Positions 63,852 to 64,000 of a stretch of DNA of 64,000 bases are shown here, piece by piece (within the stretch, counting starts at the first letter, position 1; every line of letters starts with the position of its first letter). Both the position numbers and the translations under genes were made by a program. The stretch is taken from contig NW_004797412.1 in the NCBI RefSeq assembly GCF_000002075.1, positions 37,493 to 101,492 on the forward strand, read 5' to 3'. Source of the DNA: Aplysia californica (Eukaryota). The notes beneath the pieces are model-generated. The model had not been told where the DNA came from. It worked only from the letters and a program-made list of their open reading frames with translations, and made no database searches.

Positions 63852-64000
63852 ATAGAATGAGTTCAGTTTCTAAAAGAACTATAAAAAACCGCAGATACAT
63901 CTAAACAACAACCAAAATACGAGTTTTAAAAAGACTATGTGGCCTTCTGCGGCCGTGAATGTTTGGGCAAATACAATAGTTAATGAAAAATAAACTTCAA

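Larger units (their letters stand above)
60888..64000. repeat. Direct repeat: 60888-61035 recurs identically from 63852 to the window end (offset 2964)
   Basis: ATAGAATGAGTTCAGTTTCTAAAAG...AAACTTCAA identical over about 148 nt. Confidence 0.9.

Noticed and set aside
1-64000. CRISPR arrays, rRNA genes, prokaryotic operons
   Set aside because: Eukaryotic spliced locus; no repeat-spacer array or rRNA-like sequence seen.

Overview
Eukaryotic, intron-rich, AT-rich animal DNA with several N-gaps. The repeat landscape suggests a mollusc, probably a gastropod, but this is inference only. Two protein-coding genes lie on the minus strand. (1) A complete 16-exon IGF2BP/Imp RNA-binding protein gene (CDS 57550 to 27372) that I reconstructed by hand: all introns are GT-AG and phase-compatible, and the 1740 nt give 579 aa plus stop, with 2 RRM and 4 KH domains. 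(2) The first coding exon of an SLC12 cation-chloride cotransporter (NKCC-like, 14498 to 14064); its remaining exons lie beyond position 1. Introns and intergenic DNA are full of mobile elements: Nin/Deu-domain tRNA-SINEs, two other retroposons sharing their 3' stem-loop tail, an L2 fragment with an L2-tailed SINE, RTE and I-group LINE relics, mariner, hAT and other MITEs, and a Ginger-type derivative. The most notable element is a 2036-bp Chapaev/N-RAG-TP-like transposon (46088-48123) with a 4-bp TSD. It encodes a decayed RAG1-N-terminal-like zinc finger and a RAG1/Transib-like H-x4-H...E C-terminal segment, and its bipartite CAC-ended TIRs are spaced asymmetrically. Other observations: promoter-proximal clusters of TA-NNNN-TA palindromes, a miRNA seed cluster in the IGF2BP 3'UTR, and two duplications (2450-bp period and 2964-bp offset) that may be assembly artefacts.
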